This document shows positions 25,273 to 38,199 of a DNA stretch of 64,000 nucleotides, piece after piece. Made by a program: the position numbers and the translations under genes. A model generated the notes under the pieces. The model was not told the origin of the DNA. It made no database searches and saw nothing but the letters and a program-made list of their open reading frames with translations. The stretch's first letter is position 1; each line of letters begins with the position of its first letter. The stretch covers positions 941,443-1,005,442 of the forward strand of contig NW_027192191.1 in the NCBI RefSeq assembly GCF_041956535.1, in the 5' to 3' direction. Source of the stretch: Calcarisporiella thermophila CBS 279.70. Taxonomy: Eukaryota; Fungi; Calcarisporiellomycota.

Positions 25273-25822
25273 AATATTGTAAAAATTACCTAAATTCATC
25301 CTCCATCTTTCTGTATACCTTTATCTATATGGATATATATAGGTATATGGGTTTTTAGCTTTGATTTCCCATTTCCATCTCTAGCCTATATTTCTATTTT
25401 GATTTCTTTCCCGTGATACACATTTATTTTTCGCTATATTAAATTAGCGAGTAAATAAAGAACCAACTCGAAAAAGAAAAAAATCTACTTTAGTCCACAC
25501 AAACTCATTTATTACATCGAAAAGCTGACAAAAAAAAAAGACGAAAAAATGGCGCTATGTTTAATGTACACCGTCAAAGAAATATCATATGCTCAAAAAA
25601 TGCGTCCATGTAAAAAAGTTAAACAATTGTAAAGAAATATATAATAGAGGGAAAAAATACATAGCCGAATGTAGGTACAGGCAAAAAAAAAAGATAAAAA
25701 ATAATTCTGGTGCAAGGTGAATAGAGGTATCAAGGCTTGAAAAAAAAAATGGAGGTAAAAAAAAAGAAGAGTCTCCGAGAGATCGGATTTAGAAGAATGA
25801 GGAGCCTAATCGCAAAGGCCAG

Positions 25823-26191
25823 TTACTTTGGAAAACCCCAATAGGGCTTCTTCTTTTCCTCGGCAGGTTTTGCATCAGTTTTAGGGGGGGCAGATGGCGG
25901 TTGGGTGGGTAGTGGCAGTGGCATTGGTAGCCCACCAGGTGAATAGAAATTAAAGCAATAGAGAGGAGGGGGAGGACCGGGTGGTGGGAGAGGAGCTTTG
26001 GGTGGCTCTTGGGGAGGGACCTGCAAGAAGTAACCAGATTTGGCGAGTGTAGTGTATCCAGCCGAGCAGATAATGGAGAGTGGAACATCCGGGAAGGTTG
26101 GATGGTGTTTGACGATGTGCTCATGGACAGTTTCAGGGACGACGAAACTGTCATGGCAATAAGGACACGGAAGTGCTATGGCTTGACCCAT
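25823..26191 (-). CDS. small (122 aa) single C2H2 zinc-finger, Pro-rich protein
   Basis: MGQAIALPCPYCHDSFVVPETVHEHIVKHH...; first true ATG 26191 preceded by a pyrimidine-rich 5' UTR and followed by a T-rich 3' UTR. Confidence 0.7.
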   Translation of the reverse strand: MGQAIALPCPYCHDSFVVPETVHEHIVKHHPTFPDVPLSIICSAGYTTLAKSGYFLQVPPQEPPKAPLPPPGPPPPLYCFNFYSPGGLPMPLPLPTQPPSAPPKTDAKPAEEKKKPYWGFPK

Positions 26192-28917
26192 GAGATTAAA
26201 GAAGGTGCGAATGAACTGGCAAAGGGGATTTTTTTCTTGATGGGAGCAAATCAATTCAGCTAATTTTCCCAGGGGCAATTCCGAAAATGAGTGGAGAAAG
26301 AGCAAGAGGAAAAAGAAAAGCAAAAGAGAGCTGAGAATAAGAGAATATAAGAACAAAGGAAAAGCCGGAGAGAGAGGCGAGGGCGTGACTTGCAAGGCAC
26401 AGGCGCGGCTCAATCACGTTGCTGCGCTAAATTTTCTTGCAGTAAAGGTTATCAATTAAGGTTTTCGGGTAGGCAGTTGACCCTTCCCTCTAGTGTGAAG
26501 GTCTCTCTGAAGGTCTTTTCTTAGCTCACCCATATTCACCCATTGGTCGTACGGAAGTTTGGTTGGGAGTGACACAGGGCCGAAAAATAAAAGTAGGTAC
26601 ACAATCTTTAGTTTATGCTGCTTAGAGTTGGGGAAGCGAGGGGAAGAGAAGTGGCGCGCGAAGAAAGGTCAGAACGGAGGCACGCTACGAAGGGATGGGA
26701 GGGCAAGAAATCGCCTTTGTCGGAAAAACCCTAATTCCTTCCCCGGAAAGCAGCCAAGTCGTCTTGATTTCGCATCACACCTCCCGCCCATGGCTGTTAA
26801 CGCTGACATATAGCATAGGGCTGTCTGATATTGCCGAGGCCGCTATCGGGTTTGGTCAGAGGCCATTGCATGTTGTGTTTAAGGCTTTTACAGCTCCGCG
26901 TCCAGGGATTCCAATTACAGGCATTTTAACCAGTGGTGTAATCGCATTAATACACAAAGAAGCGGTCTAGTTGCCGCCGTGCACCGACGGAATAGTGCTT
27001 GGATCGCCTTGGCTCGGAAGTGTATATGACATCTTCCCCCTAACCCAACCCCTCTCACAGCGACGTCGATGGGTGGAGCAGAGACTGATTCTCTCCGTGT
27101 TGTGCAGTGGAAATTTATCTTAGATAACGCGTAACTCTATTCGTACACACAAAAAAAACAAGCATAAATGCCTCAAGTTGACTTTACAGAGACTATTCTA
27201 TTTTATTTTAATATGAACTGACGCCTTTCCACACCATTGAACTCGATATCTGCTTCACAATTATGAAATTTCTCACTTTGAAGTTGTTGATCGAGCAGCT
27301 TGGCAGAGATGATTTCCAAATTCAGTAATAATTTTACTCATATGAAGCCAGGTAAATCCGGAGAATCCATGCGACTTGCTAACCTTTTCGCTGGAAGACT
27401 TGTTACTGGCTGTCTTTATTTATGCAATAGACAACAAGGGCCCTTCCTTCGTTTCATCTTCGCGGTATTAGGCAAGATTCTGTGGGTACTGTAAAATACA
27501 AGCTGACTCATATAGAGCCCTAGGTTTGAGCGTATATTTGGATTTTCAAAGTGATGCGGGAGCTTAAAAAAGATCATTTGTAAATGCGAAATCTTGTAAG
27601 GAAAATTAAACCTGTATTAAAATAGAACATCCACGAAAAAAAAAATAAAAAGAGCAAATAAAATAGAAACTCGATTACGAGGTTATTTTATTGGATTGTC
27701 TCGAGTATAAGCTTCTGGGTCATCCCCAAAATAAATTCCTCTTCATTTTACTATGAAAACCATTCAACAGACATTCTTCCTTAGCTGCATAATGTAAAGA
27801 GAGTAACGAAAAAAATTTAATACTTCCCTTCTAAGTTAGATGGGCTCAGAGAAATTGGGGAATGAGCCTAAATATTAAAAACACATCAAAAATTGTTTTT
27901 AATTTAGTTCATGTATGCGACCTCGTGTAAATTAGGCAAGAATGAAACATCAAAGGCTATGTCATCTACTCCAAACAGCTTACACGAAGAGAGGAGGAAA
28001 AAATAAGCCTGTGCAAATGGAAAGGTAGCTTGAGAGAAGTCTTGTTCACTATAGGAGATATGAACTTTAGAAGGATGGGAGCCAGATATGCTAGGGAAAG
28101 CAAATGAATTCCCATATCCTCTTAATTGAGAGATGCTTAACACTGCAGGTATAGGATAGTCGGTTTGTTTGTTTCTGCTGTCACCGCAAAGGTTCCCAGA
28201 ATTTTTTTTACAAACAAACAAGAACAGCAACCGTACTCCTTTATTAAAGGAAAACGATTATATAATCCCTACCCACAAACCATAGCTTTCTTTTAAGAGG
28301 TATCTAATTTTGCCGAAAGGTTTGGACAGTAGGCGACTACTTATGCGAGTTCGACAATCGTTTTTTAAATGCAGTGAGGAAAGAATAAAAAACAAACAGG
28401 TTTCTGCAGAGGCTTGTCAATTGGGTTGTGTTTTGCATTTGATTAGCAACCTAGCTGAGAAACAATAAAATATAAATAGGTCGATAAGAACGTTGCCAGC
28501 GTACCCAAGCCATCATTTGATGCTCGTCCTGTATATCCTGTATGTCCTTTTATGCAACTCGTCCAGAGGGACCCAAAAAAAAATGGCACCATTTATATTG
28601 GATACAGAGATGTATGCAACTGTTGTTTATCGTTACGAACTGCGATATGTACTAATTCTAAGTGATAAGAGGTGGTATTACTCAGCTTAGGAGTGAAAAG
28701 AGCCTTTCCTTTTCACCTCGTGGAACGAGACTCAAAAAGCTTCTTGTTTTTTTTTGTTCCCTGTTTTTGGGTTACAATCAAGTTGTTATTTGCAGGCGAA
28801 CGTTAAGGAATCTATATAAAGGTTTGACTTATGATTTACTTCCTCCTGTAACCATCATATTGAACCGAGTTCGCTTAATATTTTTCAGTGTAAATAGAAC
28901 CTAAGGACACAATAGAG

Positions 28918-29139
28918 ATGTCAACATCAATACCCAAGCTCGTTTCCAGTTTGTCACATAAATGGGATGAGGCTGGCCCTCCTCATCCAGTCCGACCAAA
29001 CACCCCCGTTAAGCCCAGTCGTCACCGATACGCTGGCCCTCCCTATCCCATCGCGCCAACCCGTCCCAATACTCCTACATGTGGAGTATGGATTGCGAAC
29101 ACCTCTCCCTGTTCCATTTTATCAGTCTTGATAGCGTAG
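28918..29139 (+). CDS. small Pro-rich protein with internal duplicated motif
   Basis: TATATAAA at 28813; ORF contains AGPPHPVRPNTP and AGPPYPIAPTRPNTP; possible short intron near 29086. Confidence 0.5.
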   Translation: MSTSIPKLVSSLSHKWDEAGPPHPVRPNTPVKPSRHRYAGPPYPIAPTRPNTPTCGVWIANTSPCSILSVLIA

Positions 29140-29819
29140 CCTGGATCAAGGAGAGATTAAAATTGATAATACTTTTTCCTAAATTCATTCCTAGCAATCA
29201 CAATTATCCCCGAAATTCCTACATTATTATTGCAAAGTGGTTAATAGATATTTATACTTGCATTTTTCATCCTCATTGTTGGGTTCCTTTTCGCGATTAT
29301 CCGCCAAAAATTTTTTCTCTTTGTATGTTGCAATCATGGTTTATATATATAATGTCCTTTGACCCTTCGAAGCATATTGCAAGTGAATACATCCTCTATG
29401 CCCGGTCCTTTTCATGGGGAAGAGTTTGTGTGGAGCAGCACTGCAAAAGAGTTTGGCCCAAGCTTATTTCAACACCTTTCGTATTTAGAATACCAGGATT
29501 TTTGGTTACGCAAACTATGGCAACTTGATTTTCTTTCCTAGGACAAGAAAGAAACTGAGACCTTCCTAGGATCCGAGGATTCGAAGTCCACCTGTACAAA
29601 TCTTGCCACACTGTTTATGCAAACAAAAAAAAAAGAGTTGGCTCTTAGGCAAGTAAACAAGTACTGTGACCATAGGCAAATAAAACAAAAAAAAATAACT
29701 TGAATTGTTGTACTGGCTCTGGGCTCAGGTGAGTACGTCAAAGTTGATGAAAGTGAGGGCACGCGCGAGCGATTCTTGTGTTCGAGAGCAAAACAGCTAA
29801 TATTTTCGAGGTCCGCAGC

Positions 29820-29826
29820 TATAAAA
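29820..29826 (+). promoter_or_regulatory. TATA box upstream of GSK-3 gene
   Basis: TATAAAA about 200 bp before ATG 30022, preceded by GC-rich motifs. Confidence 0.45.
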
Positions 29827-30021
29827 ATAGGGAAAGGTTCGCCACTCTCTTTCATTTTGCAAACGGATTTATTCACACCAAACCCTCTCGTTCTACTCCC
29901 TAACCTCGGGCCAGAACTCTTACTTACGGATAGTCGAGGAAACCTTCTCAACTCTTTAGAGCAGCATTTATCAGGCTTTTGTCTTGCTAGAGAAGAGGAG
30001 GAATAAGAAAACCACACTATT

Positions 30022-31797
30022 ATGAAGAATTTCAAATCAACGCGCCAGACTATCCCATCTCAGAATCAAATCAATGGCATTGTAATACCAGGTAAATAGT
30101 ATTCATCTACAAGCGAATTCACCCCTAATTTCTCTTTGTTGCCCACTTCTAGACGAGTCCGATCGAGTTCTAATAGTGTCGGTAACTGCAAAGGACCCCA
30201 GAACGAGTGCATCTCTACCACTCAAATATACCAACGTGCAGGCTATTGGAAATGGATCATTTGGAGTGGTATTCCAAGCAAAATTACTACCATCAGGTGA
30301 GGTAGTAGCAATAAAAAAGGTATTGCAGGACAGGCGATATAAAGTACGTACTCAGTATCGTTATAATAAGGGACAAGAATGTATGGTATTTATATGTAAT
30401 GCTGCTTGCGTATAGAATCGAGAGCTGGAAATAATGCAGTCATTATCGCATCGGAACATCGTGGGTTTGAAAGCATTTTTTTGTACTAATGGAGAGAAGG
30501 TAAACATTAGCATCCTAGTGAGCCCGGGGTCATTTTAATCTTTCTCCCCCTATTACAGAAAGACGAAGTGTACCTTAATTTGGTACTCGAGTTCGTCCAG
30601 GGAACTCTCTTTAGGGAGCAGCTCCTCTATGTACGCGCACGTCAACCAATGCCTCTGTTTTATGTCAAGCTATACATGTATCAGCTCTTTCGTTCCCTTG
30701 CCTACATCCACATGCTAGGCATTTGCCATAGAGACATTAAGCCTCAAAACCTATTGCTGGACCCCGTCACCAAGGAATTGAAGTTGTGCGACTTTGGCAG
30801 GTGAGCTTTTCATTACACGAGTTTGCTAGGGCAATAAGCATGGGAGGGAGGAGATTATATAGTTAATGAAATGTGTTCTTCTGTTCCTAGCGCCAAAAGG
30901 TTACACCCACATGAGCCCAATGTCTCCTACATATGCTCGCGCTACTATCGCGCTCCAGAATTGATTTTTGGTGCAACCAACTACACTACAAGTATCGATA
31001 TCTGGTCAGCAGGGTGTGTGATGGGCGAATTGATGCTTGGAAAACCGATGTTCCAGGGAGAGAACGGAATTGATCAGCTGGTGGAGATAATCAAAGTGCT
31101 TGGGGTCCCTACCAAGGAGCAAATCCTGACAATGAACGCTAATTATGTGGAACAGTGCTTCCCATCGATAGAATCTTACACCCTTTTACAGGTGAAGATG
31201 GCTCTCGTTTGGCTACCTAATTTAGAAACCCAACTGAATCCATGCTATGCTAAATAGCTCTTTGGCGACCGCGCCACCCCGGAAGCAATCGATTTGCTCT
31301 CACAACTCCTAGAATACACCCCCACTCGTCGTCTTACGGCTGTTGAGGCTATGGGGCACGCATTTTTTGATGAACTTCGTGAAGCCAGAACTCAGCCAAA
31401 TGGAAAGCCACTTCCTCCGTTGTTTGATTTTTCAAGCTTAGGTAATCTATCAATTTCTCGGTTACATATTTTTACAATAACCGTTCATTTTCATGTTCAA
31501 TAAGCCCTGCTCTATTTTTCTCCCTCTTCCCTCTTGTATCCCCTAATTCCACTTGATCTTTATATTCTCACCGATGGCCTAACGATCCAATCTGCCTCAC
31601 TAATAGAACTTTCAATACGCCCGGATCTAATCCGACGGATATTGCCACGATGCGTGTTCTCCGTGCTTGCTGAGCAAGCTGGAGATCCACGGTGTTATGT
31701 CAACGGTATGAATGGGCACCGAACAAAAGGATACAATGGAAAGGGAGTCAATACAAATGGCAATGTGATGGTAAGCTATGTGCAAGAGGAGAATTAG
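30022..31797 (+). CDS. GSK3: glycogen synthase kinase-3 family kinase (Rim11/Gsk3-like)
   Basis: [63 protein letters not shown]. Confidence 0.95.
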
Positions 31798-32670
31798 CCC
31801 TGCCTCTGTCTAGGTTATGTGCTCTGCTTTCCTGCACACTTTTCGATAGTACTCACTTCGATAGTGTTTATTTACTGTGTGAGAGAGATTGCTTCTACTC
31901 CTATTATTATTACTCTGCTTTTTATATATACCTATGCGCTTGTCTTTTTCCTATCATTGCATATCATCTGTTTATCAATACGGTTGCTTCTTTTTCACAT
32001 CTATATATAGTTCTTTTTTCTCTTTTGCTATGCCTATTTTTGTTATGAATGCATTTCCTCCAAACTCCCCTTTACATACACTGTTTCTTCACTTTTCTGT
32101 TACTTTTCCTTCATTTCGTCTTTTTCTAAACACTTGCCTTTGTTCATTCAACCCTACTTTTTTGATTTTTCTTATTTTTTTTTTCTTGCATGCTTTCCCA
32201 ACGTATAAAAATATAAATATGAATTTATACATATACATACTAATATATATATTTACGATATTGTGTTTGTTTGTTTATTCCCCAGTAACAATAAGAGAAA
32301 AGAAAAAAAAAAAATAGAAAAGAAATAGAAAATAGAAGGATGAAAGAGTAGCAAAATAGCTGGAATACACCTTTAATATAGCAAATAAGAGAAAAAATTA
32401 ATTGAGAAAAAAAGATTAGAAAATAAAATCATTAGAAAACAGAAAATAAACGCAACAATGCCATTATATTATATAGTAGATCATTTGTAAGTATTATCAA
32501 ATAAATCCATAAAAGAGAAGGAATGACGAAGGGTGAGTAAGGGGACATAAGGAAACATCCTGATAGAAAATATTGCACCAACTTCTATTTTGTGAATTGA
32601 AAAAAAAAAGGAATAAAGAAGCTTCCAAAATAAAATAAAAGGAAATTATGAAACAACGAGGCAAGGATGA

Positions 32671-35600
32671 TTAATGATAGCCTTTCAGGTCCATTTTCTC
32701 CAACAAACTGTAATATACGAATCGGAAGCTCCACAGGTTGCCTTTCCGTCTCCGAATATCGACAATATACAATCCGGTGAGGTTGCGGATGCGACATAGC
32801 TCAACCGTAAATTGGACAGCATCACCGGAGTCAAGGTAGGGATCCCCATAAGGAGGGGAAACAGCTGAAACTCTGGTTGTTTGTGTGTTAGAGGTCTGGG
32901 GGACGGACGCATGGACCTGGCTTGGAGGTGAGATGGAATGCTGACTACCGCGTCGGAGAAAAGAGACAACTGATTCAGTGGCAGAGGACACGGAAAATTT
33001 GCGTCTGGCCATTGGGGTGGCCCCTTGCCCTTGCATTCCCGTCGTCAAATTGCTTGACGATTGGCTGGTAGGAGGGGGTGTCGGCAGTTGTGCTGGGACT
33101 TCTCTCGAAATCAAGCCCTGCTTTGCAGGTCTCAAGCACTTGAGCTTGAATCCGGTGTCCGTCCAAATCTCGATCCCCATCTCAGTGAGGGTCTCTCGGA
33201 CGTGTTGTATTACCTCGCGTGGAGGGCGCGATGTTAGCGCATTCTGGTCCACCGCACCATTATGGACCCTAAGTCTTATTTCATCCGGGCGACCTGCCAT
33301 CATCATTGCTCGTGCAACAGCGACCGGGGATTTGATTGTCGGTATGCGTTTACTTGTGGGCTTCTCTGGAATAGGAGGGATGGATGGGCCCATCGGGGAG
33401 GGGGGTGGCATCATATGAAGAGGAGGCTCCTTGATTGAGTGCCGGCGCAGCCATCCAATCACCTTGTTGGTGGTGGATTTTGAATTTACCTGAGGAGTTA
33501 GAGGAGTCGGGGGTAGAGCGGTCGGTGAGGGTGGCGGCCATATATTTTCTCGTGAGCCTCCATCGCTACCACCGCCAAGGAAAAGGCTGACAACTTTACG
33601 TCTTCTCTCGCGGGCACGCGGCTTCAGCGGACCCACTGTATCCTGGGCATTGGATGGATGCAAATTCTCCGCTTTGGTCGTGATTTTCCGTCCATTCGCA
33701 AGGCTGGTGAACGGCGACAGCAACATACCAAATTTCCCTGGTTTTGCCATCACTTCGCTGGGCAACTGCATAATTGTGTGACGGCGATCTGCAAGCATTG
33801 ATGGTCGCTCTTCCTCATCTCTGTTTTGAATCAGTAGAGTCGGCACCGCAGACATGCTAGCGCCATGATGCCACTGACCTCCACGTTTCGTGGAAGTTAA
33901 ATCTCCTGTTGTGGCATATGGAGATCGTGAAGATGCCCTGTAAGGAGATGAAGCTACATTTTTTTGCGAGCTGCTAGCAGGATGACGAGTATGGCGACTG
34001 CCTAAAGACGGGGAAGAACGTTCAGCAGGCGGCGTGATGGCCGCGGAACCCAGATCGGTCACACTGCTATTATCGTCACGATATGTTCTCCCTTCGCCCA
34101 CATACTCGCTCCCTGTAGATCGACCGGCAATCTTGGGTTCAATACGGTTTCGGCTCATTTCTGTACCATACGAAGGCTCTCTGGTCACGCTTCCAATACC
34201 CATCAAATCAAGATCGTAATCGATTTGTATAGTATGACGCTTGGTTGAAGGATTCTGGAAGACCGGTGCAGGACGTACTCCAATTTCGGCACGTGAAGAA
34301 AGTAGGCTGTCGGAGAAACGTGCTTCGCCAGGGACTGCTACTCGAATATCCGCTGATGCTTCCGTCTAAAATTTATCCCCCCCCCCCAAAAAAATATTAG
34401 CATTTGTTTAACTTGCTCAGACGATGAAATTGCCCGTGTTCAAGTACCTCCAATTGCTCAACCGATTTCTTCAAGAATTGTTCATAAGGCGCCAGCCACC
34501 TGTGCTGCATAATCGTTTGCATATCGCATCGTTTTTTGGGATCAACAACGAGCATTTTGCGTAGTAGATCGCGAGCATCTGCTGGCACATAGTCTGGGAA
34601 GACGAGCTCAGTGTTAAGAATGTAGTCGTACAGAAGACCAATAGAATCTCCATTGGGGTTGCGCTCATCGTCATCATATGGAAGAAAACCACAGAGCTAG
34701 AAAGGATAAAATAAGATGAGGCTGAAATGATTGGTAGAAACAAATTCCTACCATGGCATATAGAATCACTCCGCATGACCAAATGTCGGCAGCGGGGCCA
34801 ACATATAGTCCATCAGAGACTACTAGCTCCGGTGCAGCATAACAAGGCGAGCCGCATGAAGTTGCCATCAAATCCTCTTCGGGTTTACCAAAATGGTTTG
34901 CAAAACCAAAGTCGGTGATGATTATCGATCTATTGCGGTCCAAGAGCAAATTCTCCTATAAAGCAAGCAATGGTTGAATCACACATTATTCCCTTAATGA
35001 ATGTGAGAAATACTGACCAATTTCAAATCGCGATGCACAATGTGTTGTCGATGGAGATAATTGACACCACTAATCAATTGTGCAAAAAGACGACAAGCGT
35101 CTTTTTCTTTTAAATATCGGTGGGCAAGTATATATTCGAACAGTTCACCGCCTGATACAAATAAGATTGATTTCCTTTGTCAAATATTATCTCCCAAAAA
35201 ACAAAAGCTAGAGCAGGACCAATTTACCAGATGCATATTCAAGCACGATTCCAATATACTTTTCGGTTTCCAGGACATCATATAATTTTACAATATTGGG
35301 ATGCCGCACAGTCTATGGAGAATGACCAGAAAGATATTAGCAAACTTAGCTTGCTTAGAAGGATTCTTATCTCCTGCATACCCGCAGAACAAATATTTCA
35401 CGCTCAACCTTCGTGTGTCTTGAGGCAGTATCTACGTCTTGCTTTCTTATCAGTTTGATCGCAACCTATGTATACCCCAATTTATGAGAATATCAACAAA
35501 AACAGTATAATGTGTGAGCACATACCTCAATACCTGTTTCCGAATGCACACCTAATTTCACTTTTCCGAATTCGCCCTCTCCCACAGTGCGTAGGAGCTG

Positions 35601-35738
35601 GTACGGGCCAAGCATATTCTTCTTCCGGGGAGATGTAGATGCAGGTTCATGCGAGGGGCTCTGAAGGGGATGGGTAGATTCATTAGCAGGAAAGGAGCGC
35701 TGCAGGTTACTTGTCGGAGACAGAGCCGTGCAAGCCAT
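32671..35738 (-). CDS. Kin4/Ppk1-like Ser/Thr kinase with C-terminal KA1-like domain
   Basis: [56 protein letters not shown]-terminal [14 protein letters not shown]. Confidence 0.9.
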
Positions 35739-36258
35739 GATGGGGGTACGTTGGGATGCCAGTGTTGATTGTTTGATGATTTCCCCTAGAGGAAACTAGA
35801 TTGAGATAAATTCCAAGAAAATTATAAATGAGAAAAGTAGGCAGCGTTGGAAGTATTAATAAAGTGCTTAAAAAATATATATATAATATTAAAAATATGT
35901 AAGGATGCGAATAAGAGGAAGGGGGAAAATAAGAGATTTTTTTGTGGAAAAAAATGGCGAAACAATAAGACACGGAAAAGAAAGTACCAAGTCTCTCCAA
36001 CAGTCTGCCTTTAATCAACTATGAGCACAAATATAAAGTACAAGAAAGTGTGGATTAACCCTCTTACTGGAACATCAGGGTGTATCAATGTCAATAGATG
36101 CGCATCTCGTTTTGTGATGATGAGTAAAGAGAAAGAGAAACAGCGTGTGGCACATAGCATGATTGGGTATGAAATTTTAACTCAGATGACCTTTTTGGCA
36201 AAGATTAGGAAGGTCAATAAAAATGAATTAATTTTATTTCCAAGTAATAAAAATTAAA

Positions 36259-37967
36259 CTATTTAAAATCCTTGTATGAATGTCTTTCATATTCTTTAAG
36301 CTTGAACTTCCTGCGGGGCTTCACGGGGACTCGAGGTTCGATGAGGTTTCGCTCTTGAAGGCTCAAAAATCGCTCCTTAAATAGGTTTCCTTCCGGCTAA
36401 ATAGAAAAGTGAATAAAAAGTCAGCTCTATTGTGGCCGTCAAATATACACCGCATTTATACTATAGTATATACCTTGAGCCCACGTAGTGACTCAGATAG
36501 TTCCTCTTGTAATTGAACGTCTATTGGTGCCTCCTGGACTTTGTATTTGCCCAGCTTTTTATGACCCCTCTTCTTCTTCTCCTCAGTTTTCAATGCTCTC
36601 TCATAAAGCTTCTGCTGTCGGATTTTATCCTCTTCTTCAATCTTTGTGCTGATGTCTTGTACTTGATCCAACTCTGATTTCAACCGCCTATCAAGTTGAC
36701 GCTTCTGCTCTTCTTTCTCCTATATGATTCGAGATACGCGTTAATAATACTCTGTTTTATTTATATATGTATAAAATAAATCTCACCTGCATTGCTCGTC
36801 TTAATTGCTTGTTTCGTTCCTTTTTAGTTAGCCTTTTAGCTTCTTTTTTCTGCTCGCTCCCCTCATCTCCATTACCTTCTTCCTCTACTTCTTCTTTATC
36901 ATCCTCTTCCTCTTCCTCTTCATCCAGCATATCTTGGATATCAAACCCTTTTGATTTTACTTCGTTCGACAAATGTCCATATTTTGCCTCTAGTTTCTCT
37001 TTTAGCTCATGCTTCTTAACCTCCACTTCATGCGCTTGCAGTAAGAGATTCTGAAAGGTTTGAAAATAGACTATAAATGAAAGGAAGAGAGTATCTTTAT
37101 GCTGAAGAAAAGCCTACCTGATGGTCTTCCATAGACGGGTTATAGGATGCGCCAGGCAGTGCAGGCCGGACAGCGGGTATGTGCTCTGCTGCAATATTCT
37201 TCATCTTAACTAATGTTGCCGGTGCCTAATTATTAATTATTATCAATATTGGTGATTCTGGATGGTGCTGATTAATTTTCAAACACACCTTGACTTTCTG
37301 TTTCTTTGAAACAGGGAGGGTATCTTCATTTGAATCTTTGCCATTTTCTAAAATTCAGATTTCAGCGATATCTCAACAATTAACTAGAAAAAGTGAAAAA
37401 CATTACCTCCCCAAATATCATATATTCTCGGCCGCTTTTCGTTTTCATTTTTCTGGGCTGCATTGGTCGTATTTGTCTCGTTTGATATAGATTTTGCCGG
37501 GGCATCCTTCTTCTCAGTAGAGGCGCTCTTTTTCTTATTTTTCTTTTGTTTGGGTACAACACGCGCTGTAACAGCAGGCACAGCGCTACGTTGCGCAAGA
37601 ATCTCGTCTATGCGAAGTGGTTTTTCCTTCGCCAATTTAGATTTAACTACGGGAAATAAAAATCAATTATCGAGTACTGGAAATGTGCTAATTTGGAATG
37701 TACTCTTTTCATCTCCAGCAACATCGATCATGAAGAGTTGGCTGTTGTCTTTCTCTGTGATTTTACCGCTATTAAAGGCATTATTACAATCATGTCAACC
37801 TCTCCACGAAAAGGGGCAAAATTAGCTGAAATTATATACGATATTTACACAATTCTTTCTTCATCTCTTTTTTCTTCCAAGCCTTCCTCGACATCAGCAA
37901 TGTCGACATTCTTCCTCCATGCTTTTTTGCCCTTCCGACTTGATTGCAACTTTCGTTTTTCACTCAT
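36259..37967 (-). CDS. NOP53: ribosome biogenesis protein Nop53 (GLTSCR2)
   Basis: SRKGKKAWRKNVDI, LFMID arch-interacting motif, GASYNPSMEDHQ, LSESLRGLKPEGNLFKERF, ERHSYKDFK*. Confidence 0.93.
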
Positions 37968-38199
37968 ATTTGGTAGTTTAATGGTGAGAGCTGAACTCGA
38001 GGCATACAAGTGACTGGGTATTCCAGTAAATAGTGACCGCTTGTGGCTAAGTCAGATATATTTTGAGATAAAAGAGCGAATTTCTCAGACTTCACTTCTT
38101 ACACGACCTTTTCTTTGTTTACATCTTTTGCACATTCCGGAAATATATTTTATTTTATTTTTTGTAAAAATAAATTAAAAATACTATCGACCAGCTCTT

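Noticed and set aside
26559-28690. Several 60-110 aa ORFs
   Set aside because: No recognisable motifs or splice structure; likely chance ORFs in regulatory DNA
29079-30035. Overlapping ORFs upstream of GSK-3
   Set aside because: Mostly non-ATG starts with low-complexity hydrophobic translations; promoter/UTR
31692-32317. Hydrophobic ORFs resembling membrane proteins
   Set aside because: Translation of the T-rich GSK-3 3' UTR
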